Source: Candidatus Methylomirabilia bacterium (GTDB taxonomy: Bacteria > Methylomirabilota > Methylomirabilia > Rokubacteriales > CSP1-6). Taken from it: a DNA stretch of 32,583 bases. Under the pieces are notes generated by a model that saw only the letters and a list, made by a program, of their open reading frames with translations, had not been told where the DNA came from and searched no databases. Location: the NCBI GenBank assembly GCA_041492755.1, contig JBGPXN010000039.1, positions 1-32,583 on the forward strand, in the 5' to 3' direction. The position numbers and the translations under genes are program-made. Positions 1-12,505 of the stretch are shown piece after piece. Within the stretch, counting starts at the first letter, position 1. Each line of letters starts with the position of its first letter.

Positions 1-485
1 CGAGCGTCCAGGGCGGCCAGGCTGCCGAGCTGTCGGATCACGCTCGCGCGCGCGGTCGGATCCTCCCCGCTCAGGATGAGGGGCAGCGCGGCGCCCTGGG
101 CGTGGATCTTGTACATGACCCGCAGTCGTCGGGCAAGCGCCGCCTCCTGTCCGGTGCGCGAGTGCTCGAGCCGGCCGATCTCCCCGTGCAGCGCCTCGAT
201 CTCCGACTGCAGGCGCGTGATCCGCCCGTCGAGCCGCGCCACTTCCGCCTGCTTCTCCGCAATGGCCCGCTCGATCTGCTCGAGCTCCGCGAGCAGCGAC
301 GACTCGCGCCGGCGCGCCTCCGCCGCCCTGTCGCGCTCTTCGTGCAGCCGCTTTTCGGTCTCGCGCAGCTTGCGCTGCTCGGCCTGGAGCGGGTCCTCGC
401 GCTTCTGCGCCGGCGTCTGCGCCGACACGACCAGAGGCAGTGCGAGCACGATAACCAGGGCCGCCAGGGCCCGGGGCCCCCTCAC
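1..485 (-). CDS. envC: EnvC-like murein hydrolase activator, N-terminal part (signal peptide plus coiled coil), runs off the window
   Basis: Not in the ORF track because its stop is outside the window. GTG at 485 overlaps the ftsX TGA (GTGA). It reads MRGPRALAALVIVLALPLVVSAQ followed by an E/R/L-rich coiled coil and ...LARRLRVMYK. Position directly after ftsEX is the usual envC site. Confidence 0.75.
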   Translation of the reverse strand, partial: MRGPRALAALVIVLALPLVVSAQTPAQKREDPLQAEQRKLRETEKRLHEERDRAAEARRRESSLLAELEQIERAIAEKQAEVARLDGRITRLQSEIEALHGEIGRLEHSRTGQEAALARRLRVMYKIHAQGAALPLILSGEDPTARASVIRQLGSLAALDA

Positions 486-1366
486 CGGTCGCGACCACTC
501 CGGGCGAGCACACCGCCCAGTCCGCCCAGCACCGTCCCCGCGACGAGCAGCGCGGCGAGGGCGGGGACGGGCAGGAATTCGAGCCGCGGCAGGCCGATGG
601 TCAGCGTGAGCAGCGGCTCCACCCGCGGACCCACGACCCGGTACGCCGCCACCAGGAGCACGAGCGCGAGACCGGCGCCGAGCAGCCCCTGCATCATGCC
701 CTGCAACAGCAACGGCAATCGGATCGCGCTCTCCGGCGCGCCGACCAGCCGCATGATCTCCGCTTCCTGCCGGCGCGCGTGGAGCACGAGGGTCGTCGCG
801 GTGGTCACGGTCACGATGGCCGCGAGTCCCAGCACCGCGCCCACCCCGGCCCCGGCGAGATTGAGCAGCCGCCGCCACTGGGCGAGCCGCTCCACCCACT
901 CCACCCCTCCCGCGACCTCTTCCGCTTCGGGCAGCCGCTGCAACCGTTCGATGAGCGCGTGCGCGCCCTCGGGCGTGGCGGCCGCCGGGGCCGGGGTGAC
1001 CTCGAGGGAGGCCGGCAGCGGGTTGGCGGGCAGCTCGTCGAGCACGGAGGCGTTCGTTCCGAGCGTGCGCTTGAGCGCGGACAGCGCCTGCGCCTTGCCG
1101 ACGTAGGCGACGCTGGCGACGTCGCCGAGCGCTTCCACCCGCTCGCGCAGGTCGGTCGCCTCCACCGAGCTGAGCTCGCGCTTGAGGTAGACGATGATGC
1201 GCACGCGGTCGCGCCACTCGGCCACCGCGTACCCGAGGTTGGCCGAGAGCACCCAGAAGCCGCCGAGAGCCACGAGCGACAGCGCGATCAGCAGCACGGC
1301 GCTGGCGGCGACCCGGCCGGCGCGGCGACAGTCTCGCACCGCCTCGCTGATGAGGAAGCCCAGCAC
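482..1366 (-). CDS. ftsX: Cell division permease FtsX
   Basis: Four TM segments, periplasmic loop with NPLPASLEV, and RRQEAEIMRLVGA motif. Immediately follows ftsE. Confidence 0.93.
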   Translation of the reverse strand: MLGFLISEAVRDCRRAGRVAASAVLLIALSLVALGGFWVLSANLGYAVAEWRDRVRIIVYLKRELSSVEATDLRERVEALGDVASVAYVGKAQALSALKRTLGTNASVLDELPANPLPASLEVTPAPAAATPEGAHALIERLQRLPEAEEVAGGVEWVERLAQWRRLLNLAGAGVGAVLGLAAIVTVTTATTLVLHARRQEAEIMRLVGAPESAIRLPLLLQGMMQGLLGAGLALVLLVAAYRVVGPRVEPLLTLTIGLPRLEFLPVPALAALLVAGTVLGGLGGVLARSGRDR

Positions 1367-2038
1367 TCAGCCCTCGTCCTTGACGAGGCGCCCGCCTTCG
1401 AGCACGAGCGTGCGCCGCCGCAGCACGCGCACGAGCCGTGCCTGGTGGGTGGCCAGCACCACCGTGGTGCCGCGCTCCCAGATGTCCTTGACCACGTCGA
1501 GCACCTCGGCGGCCATGACGTCGTCGAGGTTGCCGGTCGGCTCGTCCGCGAGCAGGAGCGCCGGCTTGCGCGCGATGGCGCGGGCGAGCGCGGCCCGTTG
1601 CGCCTCACCCTGGGAGAGCTGGGCCGGATACGATTGCGCGCGCGCCGAGAGACCGACGGCGCGGAGCGCGTCGAAGACGCGCGCCGTGATCTCGCGCCGC
1701 GGCGTGCCGGTCACGCGCAGCACGAACGCGATGTTCTCGTAGACGGTGCGGCCGGGCAGCAACTTGGCGTCCTGGAAGACGACGCCGAGCGCTCGCCGCA
1801 GCGCCGACACCGCCGAGGGTTTGAGCCTGGTCAGCGCGGTGCCGAGCACCTCGATGTCGCCCTCGCTCGGGACCTCGTCGCGGTAGAGCAGCCGGAGCAG
1901 CGTGGTCTTGCCGGCGCCGCTGGCCCCGGTGAGCACGACGAACTCGCCGCGGAGGACCTGGAAGGACACGTCGCTGAGCGCGGGGATCTTGACCGGACCG
2001 ACTTCGTAGGTTTTCCAGACCCGGTGCAGCTCGATCAC
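1367..2038 (-). CDS. ftsE: Cell division ATP-binding protein FtsE
   Basis: Walker A GASGAGKTT, VVFQD, signature LSQGEAQR, LLADEPTGNLD and ATH motifs. Adjacent to ftsX. Confidence 0.93.
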   Translation of the reverse strand: MIELHRVWKTYEVGPVKIPALSDVSFQVLRGEFVVLTGASGAGKTTLLRLLYRDEVPSEGDIEVLGTALTRLKPSAVSALRRALGVVFQDAKLLPGRTVYENIAFVLRVTGTPRREITARVFDALRAVGLSARAQSYPAQLSQGEAQRAALARAIARKPALLLADEPTGNLDDVMAAEVLDVVKDIWERGTTVVLATHQARLVRVLRRRTLVLEGGRLVKDEG

Positions 2039-2073
2039 GGCGTGCGATGCCGCTCAATCATGCGAGCGCAACG

Positions 2074-2079
2074 ATTATA
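2074..2079 (-). promoter_or_regulatory. Consensus -10 box (TATAAT) upstream of ftsE
   Basis: Perfect TATAAT in a GC-rich intergenic gap, 35 nt before the ftsE GTG. No clear -35. Confidence 0.6.
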
Positions 2080-2131
2080 GCCGCCCGCCCCCCGTTTCAG
2101 GGAGGTTCTGGCGCCCTGGCCTTCCGGCGGA

Positions 2132-3598
2132 CTAGGCTTTCGCCAGCTTCACCTCGACGAGCCGGCTCACGATGGCCGGATTGGCCTTCCCGCCGCTCGC
2201 CTTCATGACCTGGCCCACGATCGCCTTGGCCGCCTGGGTCTTGCCGCGTCGGAAGTCCTCCACCATCCTGGGGTTGGCCGCGATTGCTTGCTCGACCAGC
2301 GTATCGAGCGCGCCGGCGTCGGCCACCTGGGTGAGCCCCTCCCGGTCCACGATCGCGTGCGCGTCCTCCCCGGTCCGGAACATCTTCTGGAAGACGTCCT
2401 TGGCGATCTTGCCGCTGATGGTCCCGGCCTCGATGAGCCGGAGCAGGTCCGCCAGGCGGGCCGGCGAGATCGGCGCCCCGGCGATGGCGCGCTCGTCGTC
2501 GGCCGCGATCTCCCGCAGCAGCTCGGACATCACCCAGTTCGACACGATCTTCGCGTGCGGGAACTCGCGCACCGCCGCTTCGTAGTAGTCGGCGAGAGCC
2601 CGGCTCTGCGTGAGGACGTCGGCGTCGTACGCGGGGAGCCCATGGGCAGCCACGAAGCGCTGTCGCCGGGCGCGCGGCAGCTCGGGCAGCGCCGCTCGTG
2701 CCTCGTCCACGAAGACCGACGACAGCGCGAGCGGCCCGAGGTCGGGCTCCGGGAAGTAGCGGTAGTCGTGGGCGAACTCCTTGGATCGCATCGAGCGCGT
2801 GTAGCCGCGGTCCGCGTCCCACAGCCGCGTCTCCTGCACGATCCGCTCGCCGGCGTCCAGGGCCTTGGCCTGGCGCTGGACCTCGAACTGAAGCGCGCGC
2901 TGCACGTTACGGAACGAGTTCACGTTCTTGATCTCGACCTTGGTGCCGAGCTCCGTCTGGCCGCGCGGCCTGATGGAGACGTTGGCGTCGCAGCGCAGCG
3001 AGCCTTCCTCCATGTTGCCGTCGCAGACGCCGAGGTAGACGAGGACGGCGCGGAACGACTTGAGGTAGGCGGCAGCCTCCTCCGGAGATCGGAGATCCGG
3101 ATGCGACACCGTCTCCATCAGCGGCACGCCGGCGCGATTGAAATCGACCAGGCTGGCCTGGGCGGTCTCCAGCGTGCCTTCGTGGATGAGCTTGCCGACG
3201 TCTTCCTCCAGATGCAGCCGCTGGATGCGGATGCGCCGGACGGTACCGTCCGTCTGGTCGATCTCCAGCGAGCCCTCCTCGGCCAGCGGCTCCTCGTACT
3301 GGCTGATCTGGAAGTTCTTCGGCATGTCCGGATAGAAGTAGTGCTTGCGCGCGAAGCGGCTCGCCGTGTTGATCCGGAGATTGAGCGCGAGCGCCGTGCG
3401 GACGCCGAAATCGATCGTCCGCCGGTTGATCACCGGCAGCGTGCCCGGCATGCCCAGGCAGACGGGACACGTCTGCGTGTTAGGCGCCGCGCCGAACGAG
3501 GTCGGGCACCCGCAGAACATCTTGGTGCGCGTCAGCAGCTGCGCGTGCACCTCGAGGCCGATGACGACCTCGTAGTCGGGCCGCGTGGCGACGGCCAA
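2132..3598 (-). CDS. gatB: Asp/Glu-tRNA amidotransferase subunit B
   Basis: YEVVIGLEVHAQL, CPVCLGMPG, RKHYFYPD, RLHLEED and DYRYFPEPDL motifs. Likely start is TTG 3598; the ORF track extends to 3643. Confidence 0.96.
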   Translation of the reverse strand: MAVATRPDYEVVIGLEVHAQLLTRTKMFCGCPTSFGAAPNTQTCPVCLGMPGTLPVINRRTIDFGVRTALALNLRINTASRFARKHYFYPDMPKNFQISQYEEPLAEEGSLEIDQTDGTVRRIRIQRLHLEEDVGKLIHEGTLETAQASLVDFNRAGVPLMETVSHPDLRSPEEAAAYLKSFRAVLVYLGVCDGNMEEGSLRCDANVSIRPRGQTELGTKVEIKNVNSFRNVQRALQFEVQRQAKALDAGERIVQETRLWDADRGYTRSMRSKEFAHDYRYFPEPDLGPLALSSVFVDEARAALPELPRARRQRFVAAHGLPAYDADVLTQSRALADYYEAAVREFPHAKIVSNWVMSELLREIAADDERAIAGAPISPARLADLLRLIEAGTISGKIAKDVFQKMFRTGEDAHAIVDREGLTQVADAGALDTLVEQAIAANPRMVEDFRRGKTQAAKAIVGQVMKASGGKANPAIVSRLVEVKLAKA

Positions 3599-3599
3599 C

Positions 3600-3854
3600 C
3601 TACGCGATCCTCCGTCGGATATCGGCGACGACATTCCGGGCATCCTCCAGGGCGGCCGGGGCTTCTTGCTGGGTCACTTCTTCCTCCGCCCCTTCGGGCC
3701 CTGCGTCCGCGTACCGCGTCGGCAGATAGTACACATCGAGCCGCCGGGACGCATCACGCCATTCCAACATAACGCGCAAGCAATGCGAGATCGCGCTCAA
3801 CCTGGCAGAGAGGAGCAAGACCCAACCGCTCGAATTCTTCCTGGCGTCGGCCAA
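3600..3854 (-). pseudogene. Truncated/decayed HEPN-domain gene
   Basis: SHCLRVML...LDVYYLPTRYADAGPEG...TQQEAPAALEDARNVV matches the C-terminal half of PF05168-type HEPN proteins. The N-terminal helices are not recognisable. Confidence 0.6.
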
Positions 3855-3895
3855 GGTCGTCAGAGGAGAGCAGTCGTACGAGCGAGGGAAAGCGC

Positions 3896-5359
<1,464 letters not shown>

Positions 5360-5363
5360 CGCC

Positions 5364-5651
5364 TCAGCCCTCGAGGATCCTGGGTACGCGAAAGAACTCA
5401 CCGGACGGATCGGGCGCGTTGGCCACGGCTTCGTCCTGGGGCAGACAGGGCGTGATCTCGTCGTCGCGCATCACGTTGACGAGGCGGACGGCATGGGCGG
5501 TGGGCTCCACGCCGTCGACGTCGAGCGCGCGCAGCTTGTCGATGTAGGTCAGGATCGCGTCGAGCTGGACACGCATCCGTTCTTTCTCGGCATCCGTGAG
5601 GGCCAGCCGCGCCAGACGGGCAACGTGCTCGACGTCTTCACGGCTGATCAT
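5364..5651 (-). CDS. gatC: Asp/Glu-tRNA amidotransferase subunit C
   Basis: [15 protein letters not shown]...VEPTAH...NAP...FFRVPRI, upstream of gatA. Confidence 0.95.
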   Translation of the reverse strand: MISREDVEHVARLARLALTDAEKERMRVQLDAILTYIDKLRALDVDGVEPTAHAVRLVNVMRDDEITPCLPQDEAVANAPDPSGEFFRVPRILEG

Positions 5652-5681
5652 CGGCTCAGAGCGCTCCCGACCGGCTCACTC

Positions 5682-7835
5682 TCAGATCTCCTCCAGATGC
5701 GCGTACTGCAACGACAGCCGCTTGCGGCCCACGCTCGCGAAGGCCACCGTCACGATCGTATCCGTGCCCTGGCGCTCGACACCCACCACCAGGCCCTCGC
5801 CGAAGCGCGCGTGCCGCACCCGCGTCCCCACGCGGATCGGCCAATCGTCGTCGTCGGGGGCGTCCACCATCGGCGCGGCGGGCGCGGCCGAGGTGGGTCG
5901 CGACGCATTGACCAGCACGAGCTGCTCTTCCGGCATCTCCTTGAGGAAGCGCGACGGCTCGCCGACCCCGTAGCCGTGGACGCGCCGGTGCAGCGCGTAG
6001 GTCAGATACAGGCGCGCGCGGGCCCGGGTCAGCCCAACATAGCAGAGCCGCCGCTCCTCCTCGATCTCCTCCTGGTCGTTCATCGAGCGCGCGTGGGGGA
6101 AGACGCCTTCCTCGAGCCCCGTCACGAACACCGCCGGGAACTCGAGTCCTTTCGCCGAATGCAGGGTCATGAGGGTGACTCCGGTGACGGAGTCCTTCAG
6201 CTCGTCGACGTCGCTCACGAGCGCGACCCGATCGAGGAACGTCTCGATGGTCGCGCTCTCCCCGGCGTACGTCGACTCCTCGGCGGCCGCGATCAACTCT
6301 TCCAGGTTCTCCAGCCGCGCCTCGGACTCGGGTGAACGCTCCTGCTTGAGCGCATCACGATAGCCGGAGGCGCCGAGGACGAGGTCGATGAAGGCCGGCG
6401 GCGGCAGCATGGCCTTCTGGGCGGCGAGGCGGGCGATCAGGGCGGCGAACGCCTCGAGCGCCCGCCGGGCCTTGCCGCGGACGTCCATCGGCACCGCCGC
6501 CGCCACCGCGAGCAGCGGCTTGGTCTCGGCCGCGCCCGCTTCCTCCAGCCGGGCGACCGTCGCCGCGCCGATGCCGCGGACGGGAGCCTGGATCGCGCGA
6601 CGGAACGCGACGTCGTCGGCCGGATTGATGACCAGGCGCAGATAGGCCAGCGTGTCCTTGATTTCCTTCCGCTCGTAGAACCGCACGCCCCCGACGATCA
6701 CGTACGGGATGCGCGCGCGACGGAGCGCGTCTTCCAGCACGCGCGACTGGGCGTTGGTGCGATAGAAGACCGCGATGCCTTCGTACGGTGTGCCCTCGCC
6801 GCGCAGGGTGAGGGTCGTCTGGGCGACGAAGTTCGCTTCTTCGTGCTCGTCCCACGCGCGATAGACGCGCGCCTTGTCTCCCTCTTCGTTCTCCGTCCAC
6901 AGCGACTTGTCCTTCCGCTGCACGTTGTTCGCGATCACCGCGGACGCGAGGGCCAGGATGCGCTGGGTCGAGCGATAGTTCTGCTCGAGGCGGACGACTT
7001 TGGTGCCGGGATAGTCGTCCTCGTAGTCGAGAATGTTCCGGATGTCCGCCCCTCGCCACTTGTACACACTTTGATCAGGATCCCCGACGACGCAGATGTT
7101 CCGGTGCTCGCCGGTCAGCAGCCGGATGATCTGGTACTGCGCGCGGTTGGTGTCCTGGTACTCGTCGACCAGCACGTGCTTCCAGAGTCCGCGGTACCAG
7201 GCGAGCGCTTCCGGAACGTCGGTGAGCAGCCGAACCGTCGAGAGCAGCAAGTCGTCGAAGTCGACCGCGCCCGTCTCCTTCAGGCGCTTCTCGTAGCGCG
7301 AATACACGAGGGCGAGCTTCTGCTCCCACGGCCCGCGCGCGTCCCGGAGCGCATCGGCGACGCTGACCATGTGGTTCTTGAGGTACGAGATGCGATGGAC
7401 GGCCGCGCTCGGGGTGAACGCGCGGTCCGCCAGCTCGCCCTCCTTCATGCACTCCTTCACCAGCGCGAGCCGATCGTCCTCGTCGTAGATGCTGAAGCCC
7501 GGCGCGAGCCCGATGTGCTTGCCGTGCTGGCGAAGGATCCGCGCGCAGGCCGAGTGGAACGTGGCAATGAGCGGCGATCTGATCCCGACGGGAAGGAGCA
7601 GCCTTTCCACCCGCCGCGCCATCTCACCCGCCGCCTTGTTGGTAAACGTCACGGCCAGGACGTTGCGGGGCGACACGCCGCGCTCGCCGAGGAGCCACGC
7701 GATCCGATGGGCGATGACGCGCGTCTTGCCGCTGCCGGCGCCGGCGAGGACGAGCATGGGACCGTCACCGGTGATGACGGCATCGCGTTGAGCGGGATTC
7801 AGGTCAGCGAGGAGTTGCTCCAGACCGCCAGGCAC
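5682..7835 (-). CDS. pcrA: UvrD/PcrA family DNA helicase
   Basis: AGAGSGKT, TFTNKAA, VDEYQDTN, LEQNYRST, TLHSAKGLEF, EEERRLCYVGLTRAR and a C-terminal Tudor-like VRHARFGEG. Confidence 0.95.
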   Translation of the reverse strand: MPGGLEQLLADLNPAQRDAVITGDGPMLVLAGAGSGKTRVIAHRIAWLLGERGVSPRNVLAVTFTNKAAGEMARRVERLLLPVGIRSPLIATFHSACARILRQHGKHIGLAPGFSIYDEDDRLALVKECMKEGELADRAFTPSAAVHRISYLKNHMVSVADALRDARGPWEQKLALVYSRYEKRLKETGAVDFDDLLLSTVRLLTDVPEALAWYRGLWKHVLVDEYQDTNRAQYQIIRLLTGEHRNICVVGDPDQSVYKWRGADIRNILDYEDDYPGTKVVRLEQNYRSTQRILALASAVIANNVQRKDKSLWTENEEGDKARVYRAWDEHEEANFVAQTTLTLRGEGTPYEGIAVFYRTNAQSRVLEDALRRARIPYVIVGGVRFYERKEIKDTLAYLRLVINPADDVAFRRAIQAPVRGIGAATVARLEEAGAAETKPLLAVAAAVPMDVRGKARRALEAFAALIARLAAQKAMLPPPAFIDLVLGASGYRDALKQERSPESEARLENLEELIAAAEESTYAGESATIETFLDRVALVSDVDELKDSVTGVTLMTLHSAKGLEFPAVFVTGLEEGVFPHARSMNDQEEIEEERRLCYVGLTRARARLYLTYALHRRVHGYGVGEPSRFLKEMPEEQLVLVNASRPTSAAPAAPMVDAPDDDDWPIRVGTRVRHARFGEGLVVGVERQGTDTIVTVAFASVGRKRLSLQYAHLEEI

Positions 7836-7841
7836 CCGCCG

Positions 7842-7850
7842 ATTGTATCA
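7842..7850 (-). promoter_or_regulatory. Extended -10 (TG-a-TACAAT) ending 6 nt before the pcrA GTG; probable leaderless mRNA
   Basis: TGATACAAT-CGGCGG-GTG, with no SD. Confidence 0.55.
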
Positions 7851-7958
7851 AGCCCGTCTCGGGCCGCGTGGCGTCGCTTCGCCCACGTGACGGCAACCGG
7901 CCCCCGTACCGGAAGGAGTGGAGCATCGCGGCCGCGCGCGGCAACGTCTCCTGGATGG

Positions 7959-8006
7959 CGTGGTCTTCCCCGAGCAGCTCGTTCCGACCACCACCACCCG
8001 GGTCAG
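7959..8006 (-). pseudogene. N-terminal fragment of a P-loop kinase-like gene
   Basis: LTRVVVVGTSCSGKTT (beta strand plus Walker A) in the glmS-pcrA gap. Similarity stops right after GKTT. Confidence 0.4.
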
Positions 8007-8128
8007 ACACGACGGTGGGACGCAAGACAAACAGCCACCGCGCGGGCGGCGAAGCGATTCAAGCACGTAGTGTCGGGGCCGAACGGACCGATGATGGGCC
8101 CGGCGCGGCCCGAAGACAGTGCCCGGCC

Positions 8129-9970
<1,842 letters not shown>

Positions 9971-10008
9971 AGGCTTTCCTCGAACGGGGGGGCCGGCCCG
10001 CCCGTGGT

Positions 10009-11409
10009 TTACTCGGCTGGTTTGTCGGCCGGCATCGTCGCCGCGCGGCGGGCCGCCGCTCGCTTGGTGGCCCAGCCTTCCTTGACGACCTGGTGCGCGC
10101 GCCCGAGCGCGAGCGCACCCGGCGGGACGTCGTGGGTCACGACGGAGCCAGCGCCGACGTAGGCGCCCTCGCCGATGGTGACGGGCGCGACCAGCGTGGA
10201 ATTGGTCCCGACGAAGACGCGATCGCCGATGGCGGTGGGGTGCTTCTTCTCGCCGTCGTAGTTGCAGGTGATGGTGCCGGCCCCGACGTTCACATCTTCG
10301 CCGACGGTGGCGTCGCCGATGTAGGCGAGGTGGGGCGCTTTGCTTCCCCGGCCGATCCGCGACTTCTTCACCTCGACGAAGTTGCCGATCTTGGCCTTCG
10401 GGCCGATGTGGCTCTGCGGCCGCAGATGACAGAACGGGCCGAGCTCGGCGTGGTCTTCGATCACGGAGTCGGTGAACACGCAGTACGGGTGCAGTCTCAC
10501 GTGATCACCGAGCTGACAGCCGCTCACGTGGGAGCCCAGCCCGATCACGCAGTCGCTGCCGATCACGGTCTTGCCCTGGAGCATGACGTGAGGCTGGAGC
10601 ACGGTGTCGGCGCCGATGGTGACGGTGTCGTCGACGTACGTGGTGGCGGGGTCGATGACGGTGACGCCGCCCTCCATGAGCCGGTCGAGCACGCGTTGGC
10701 GCTGGATGGCGGCGACCGTGGCCAGCTGCCGCCGGTCGTTCACCCCGAGGGCATCGGAGGGATCGGGCACGGTGACGGCGTCCACGCGCTTGCCGGCCCG
10801 CGCGAGGATCCCGATGACGTCCGTGAGGTAGTACTCGCCCTGATCGTTCTGCGGCCGGACCTTCTCGAGCGCGGCCCAGAGATCCCCGCCCTCGAAGCAG
10901 CACACGGCGGTGTTGATCTCGGCGATCTTCTTCTCGGCGTCCGTGGTATCGCGTTCCTCGACGATGCCGGTCACGCGGCCGCGCTGACGGAGCACTCGAC
11001 CGTAGCCGTGGGGCGCCGGCACGACGGCCGTGAGCACGGTCGCCGCCGCGCCACTCCGCGCGTGCTGCTCCAGCAGCGCCTCGATCGTTTCCCCGCGGAG
11101 CAGTGGCATGTCGCCGGGCAGGACGAGGACGCGGCCGTTGCCGCATTCGGGGCGCGCCTGCAGCACCGCGTGGGCGGTGCCCAGCCGCTCGCGCTGCGCC
11201 ACGGTCCGCACGTCGGGGCCGGCGGCGTGCGCGACCTCCTCGCCGTTGGGACCGAGGACGACGACGATGCGGTCGGCGACGGTCCGCGCGATGCGGAGGG
11301 GATAGGCGAGCAGCGGCCGGCCGCACATGGTGTGGAGAACTTTCGGTTGCCGCGAGCGCATCCGCTTGCCCTCGCCGGCAGTCAAGATGACGACGGTCAG
11401 CCCATCCAT
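10009..11409 (-). CDS. glmU: Bifunctional UDP-GlcNAc pyrophosphorylase / glucosamine-1-P acetyltransferase
   Basis: AGEGKRMRS..PKVLH, GEYYLTD, hexapeptide repeats, GNFVEVK and ITCNYDG. Confidence 0.97.
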   Translation of the reverse strand: MDGLTVVILTAGEGKRMRSRQPKVLHTMCGRPLLAYPLRIARTVADRIVVVLGPNGEEVAHAAGPDVRTVAQRERLGTAHAVLQARPECGNGRVLVLPGDMPLLRGETIEALLEQHARSGAAATVLTAVVPAPHGYGRVLRQRGRVTGIVEERDTTDAEKKIAEINTAVCCFEGGDLWAALEKVRPQNDQGEYYLTDVIGILARAGKRVDAVTVPDPSDALGVNDRRQLATVAAIQRQRVLDRLMEGGVTVIDPATTYVDDTVTIGADTVLQPHVMLQGKTVIGSDCVIGLGSHVSGCQLGDHVRLHPYCVFTDSVIEDHAELGPFCHLRPQSHIGPKAKIGNFVEVKKSRIGRGSKAPHLAYIGDATVGEDVNVGAGTITCNYDGEKKHPTAIGDRVFVGTNSTLVAPVTIGEGAYVGAGSVVTHDVPPGALALGRAHQVVKEGWATKRAAARRAATMPADKPAE

Positions 11410-11551
11410 TCGACGTTCCTCATTCTAGCCGAGGACGGGGCAAGCCGCATGCCAGGCCTCGATGACACGACGGATCGGGCGTTCACGGCCCTCGCTCGTA
11501 CGGATCACGGCAGGTTGGCCGTCCGGGTGTGGTGGAAATGCCGCACTCGAT

Positions 11552-12481
11552 TCAGCCACCGTGGCGCAAGCGAGACAGCAGGCGCTCCATCCGTGCCGGC
11601 AGGGGCGCAGTGAATTCCATCCGCTCCTGGGTAACCGGATGCAGGACGCCGAGCACGGCGGCGTGCAGCGCGTGCCCCTCCAGCGGCTCGGGTAGCCCGC
11701 GCCCCGCCCGCCCATAGACCGTATCCCCCGCGACCGGGTGGCCGAGCGAGGCCAGGTGCACGCGGATCTGATGAGTCCGGCCCGTACCCAGCGCCAGCTC
11801 CAGGTAGGTGAAGTCGGCGAACCGCTCGAGCACCTGGTAACTCGTGACCGCGCGCTTGCCGCGCCCCGGCGCGCTGACGGCCATGCGCTGACGATGCCGC
11901 GGATCGCGGCCGATGGGCGCGTCCACCATGCCCGTGTCGCGCGCCAGCCGTCCATGGACGATGGCCCGGTACTTCCGGCTGGCGCTGTGCGCCGCCAGCT
12001 GCGCCGTGAGACTCGCGTAGGCCGCCGAGGTCTTCGCGAGCACTAGGACTCCCGACGTGTCCTTGTCCAGGCGATGCACGATGCCGGGGCGGCGGGGACC
12101 GCCGACCCCCGCCATCTCGGGCGCGTGCGCGAGGGCTCCCGCCGCCAGTGTGCCGACCGCATGCCCGGCCCCTGGATGCACGACCATGCCGGCGGGCTTG
12201 TCCACGACGAGGAGATGCGCGTCCTCGAACACGATCACGAGACGGAGCGGCTCCGGCGCCAGCTCGGCGGACGCCGGCGGCGGCACCGTCACGTCTACGG
12301 TCTCGCCGCCGCGGAGGCGATGCGCGGCCTTGCGGGGCACGCCGTCGACGCGAACCTCGCCCGCCTCGATCAGCGCTTGCAGCCGCGCGCGGGACAGCTC
12401 GGACAGGGAGGCGGCCAGCCAGCGATCGAGCCGCGTGCCCGCGGCGGAGGGCTCCACCCTGAGCTGGGTCGCGGCGGTCAC
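11552..12481 (-). CDS. rluD: RluA/RluD family 23S pseudouridine synthase with S4 domain
   Basis: RLDRWLA S4 domain, VDKPAGMVVHP, catalytic HRLDKDTSG and TGRTHQIRVH. Confidence 0.92.
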   Translation of the reverse strand: MTAATQLRVEPSAAGTRLDRWLAASLSELSRARLQALIEAGEVRVDGVPRKAAHRLRGGETVDVTVPPPASAELAPEPLRLVIVFEDAHLLVVDKPAGMVVHPGAGHAVGTLAAGALAHAPEMAGVGGPRRPGIVHRLDKDTSGVLVLAKTSAAYASLTAQLAAHSASRKYRAIVHGRLARDTGMVDAPIGRDPRHRQRMAVSAPGRGKRAVTSYQVLERFADFTYLELALGTGRTHQIRVHLASLGHPVAGDTVYGRAGRGLPEPLEGHALHAAVLGVLHPVTQERMEFTAPLPARMERLLSRLRHGG

Positions 12482-12505
12482 CGTGCAAGATCCGGCGGCC
12501 GCACG

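Noticed and set aside
1364..1369. ftsE and ftsX are in frame and separated only by TGA (possible Sec readthrough fusion)
   Set aside because: ftsX has its own GTG with a GAGGG SD, both proteins are normal length, and the position is not a Cys-equivalent site.
9971..10008. glmS ribozyme upstream of glmS
   Set aside because: The gap is only 38 nt, with a small hairpin and an SD; there is no room for the ribozyme or its core motif.
11410..11551. Possible small gene or RNA between rluD and glmU
   Set aside because: Only a short hairpin and a -10 box are present; there is no convincing start, SD or family motif.
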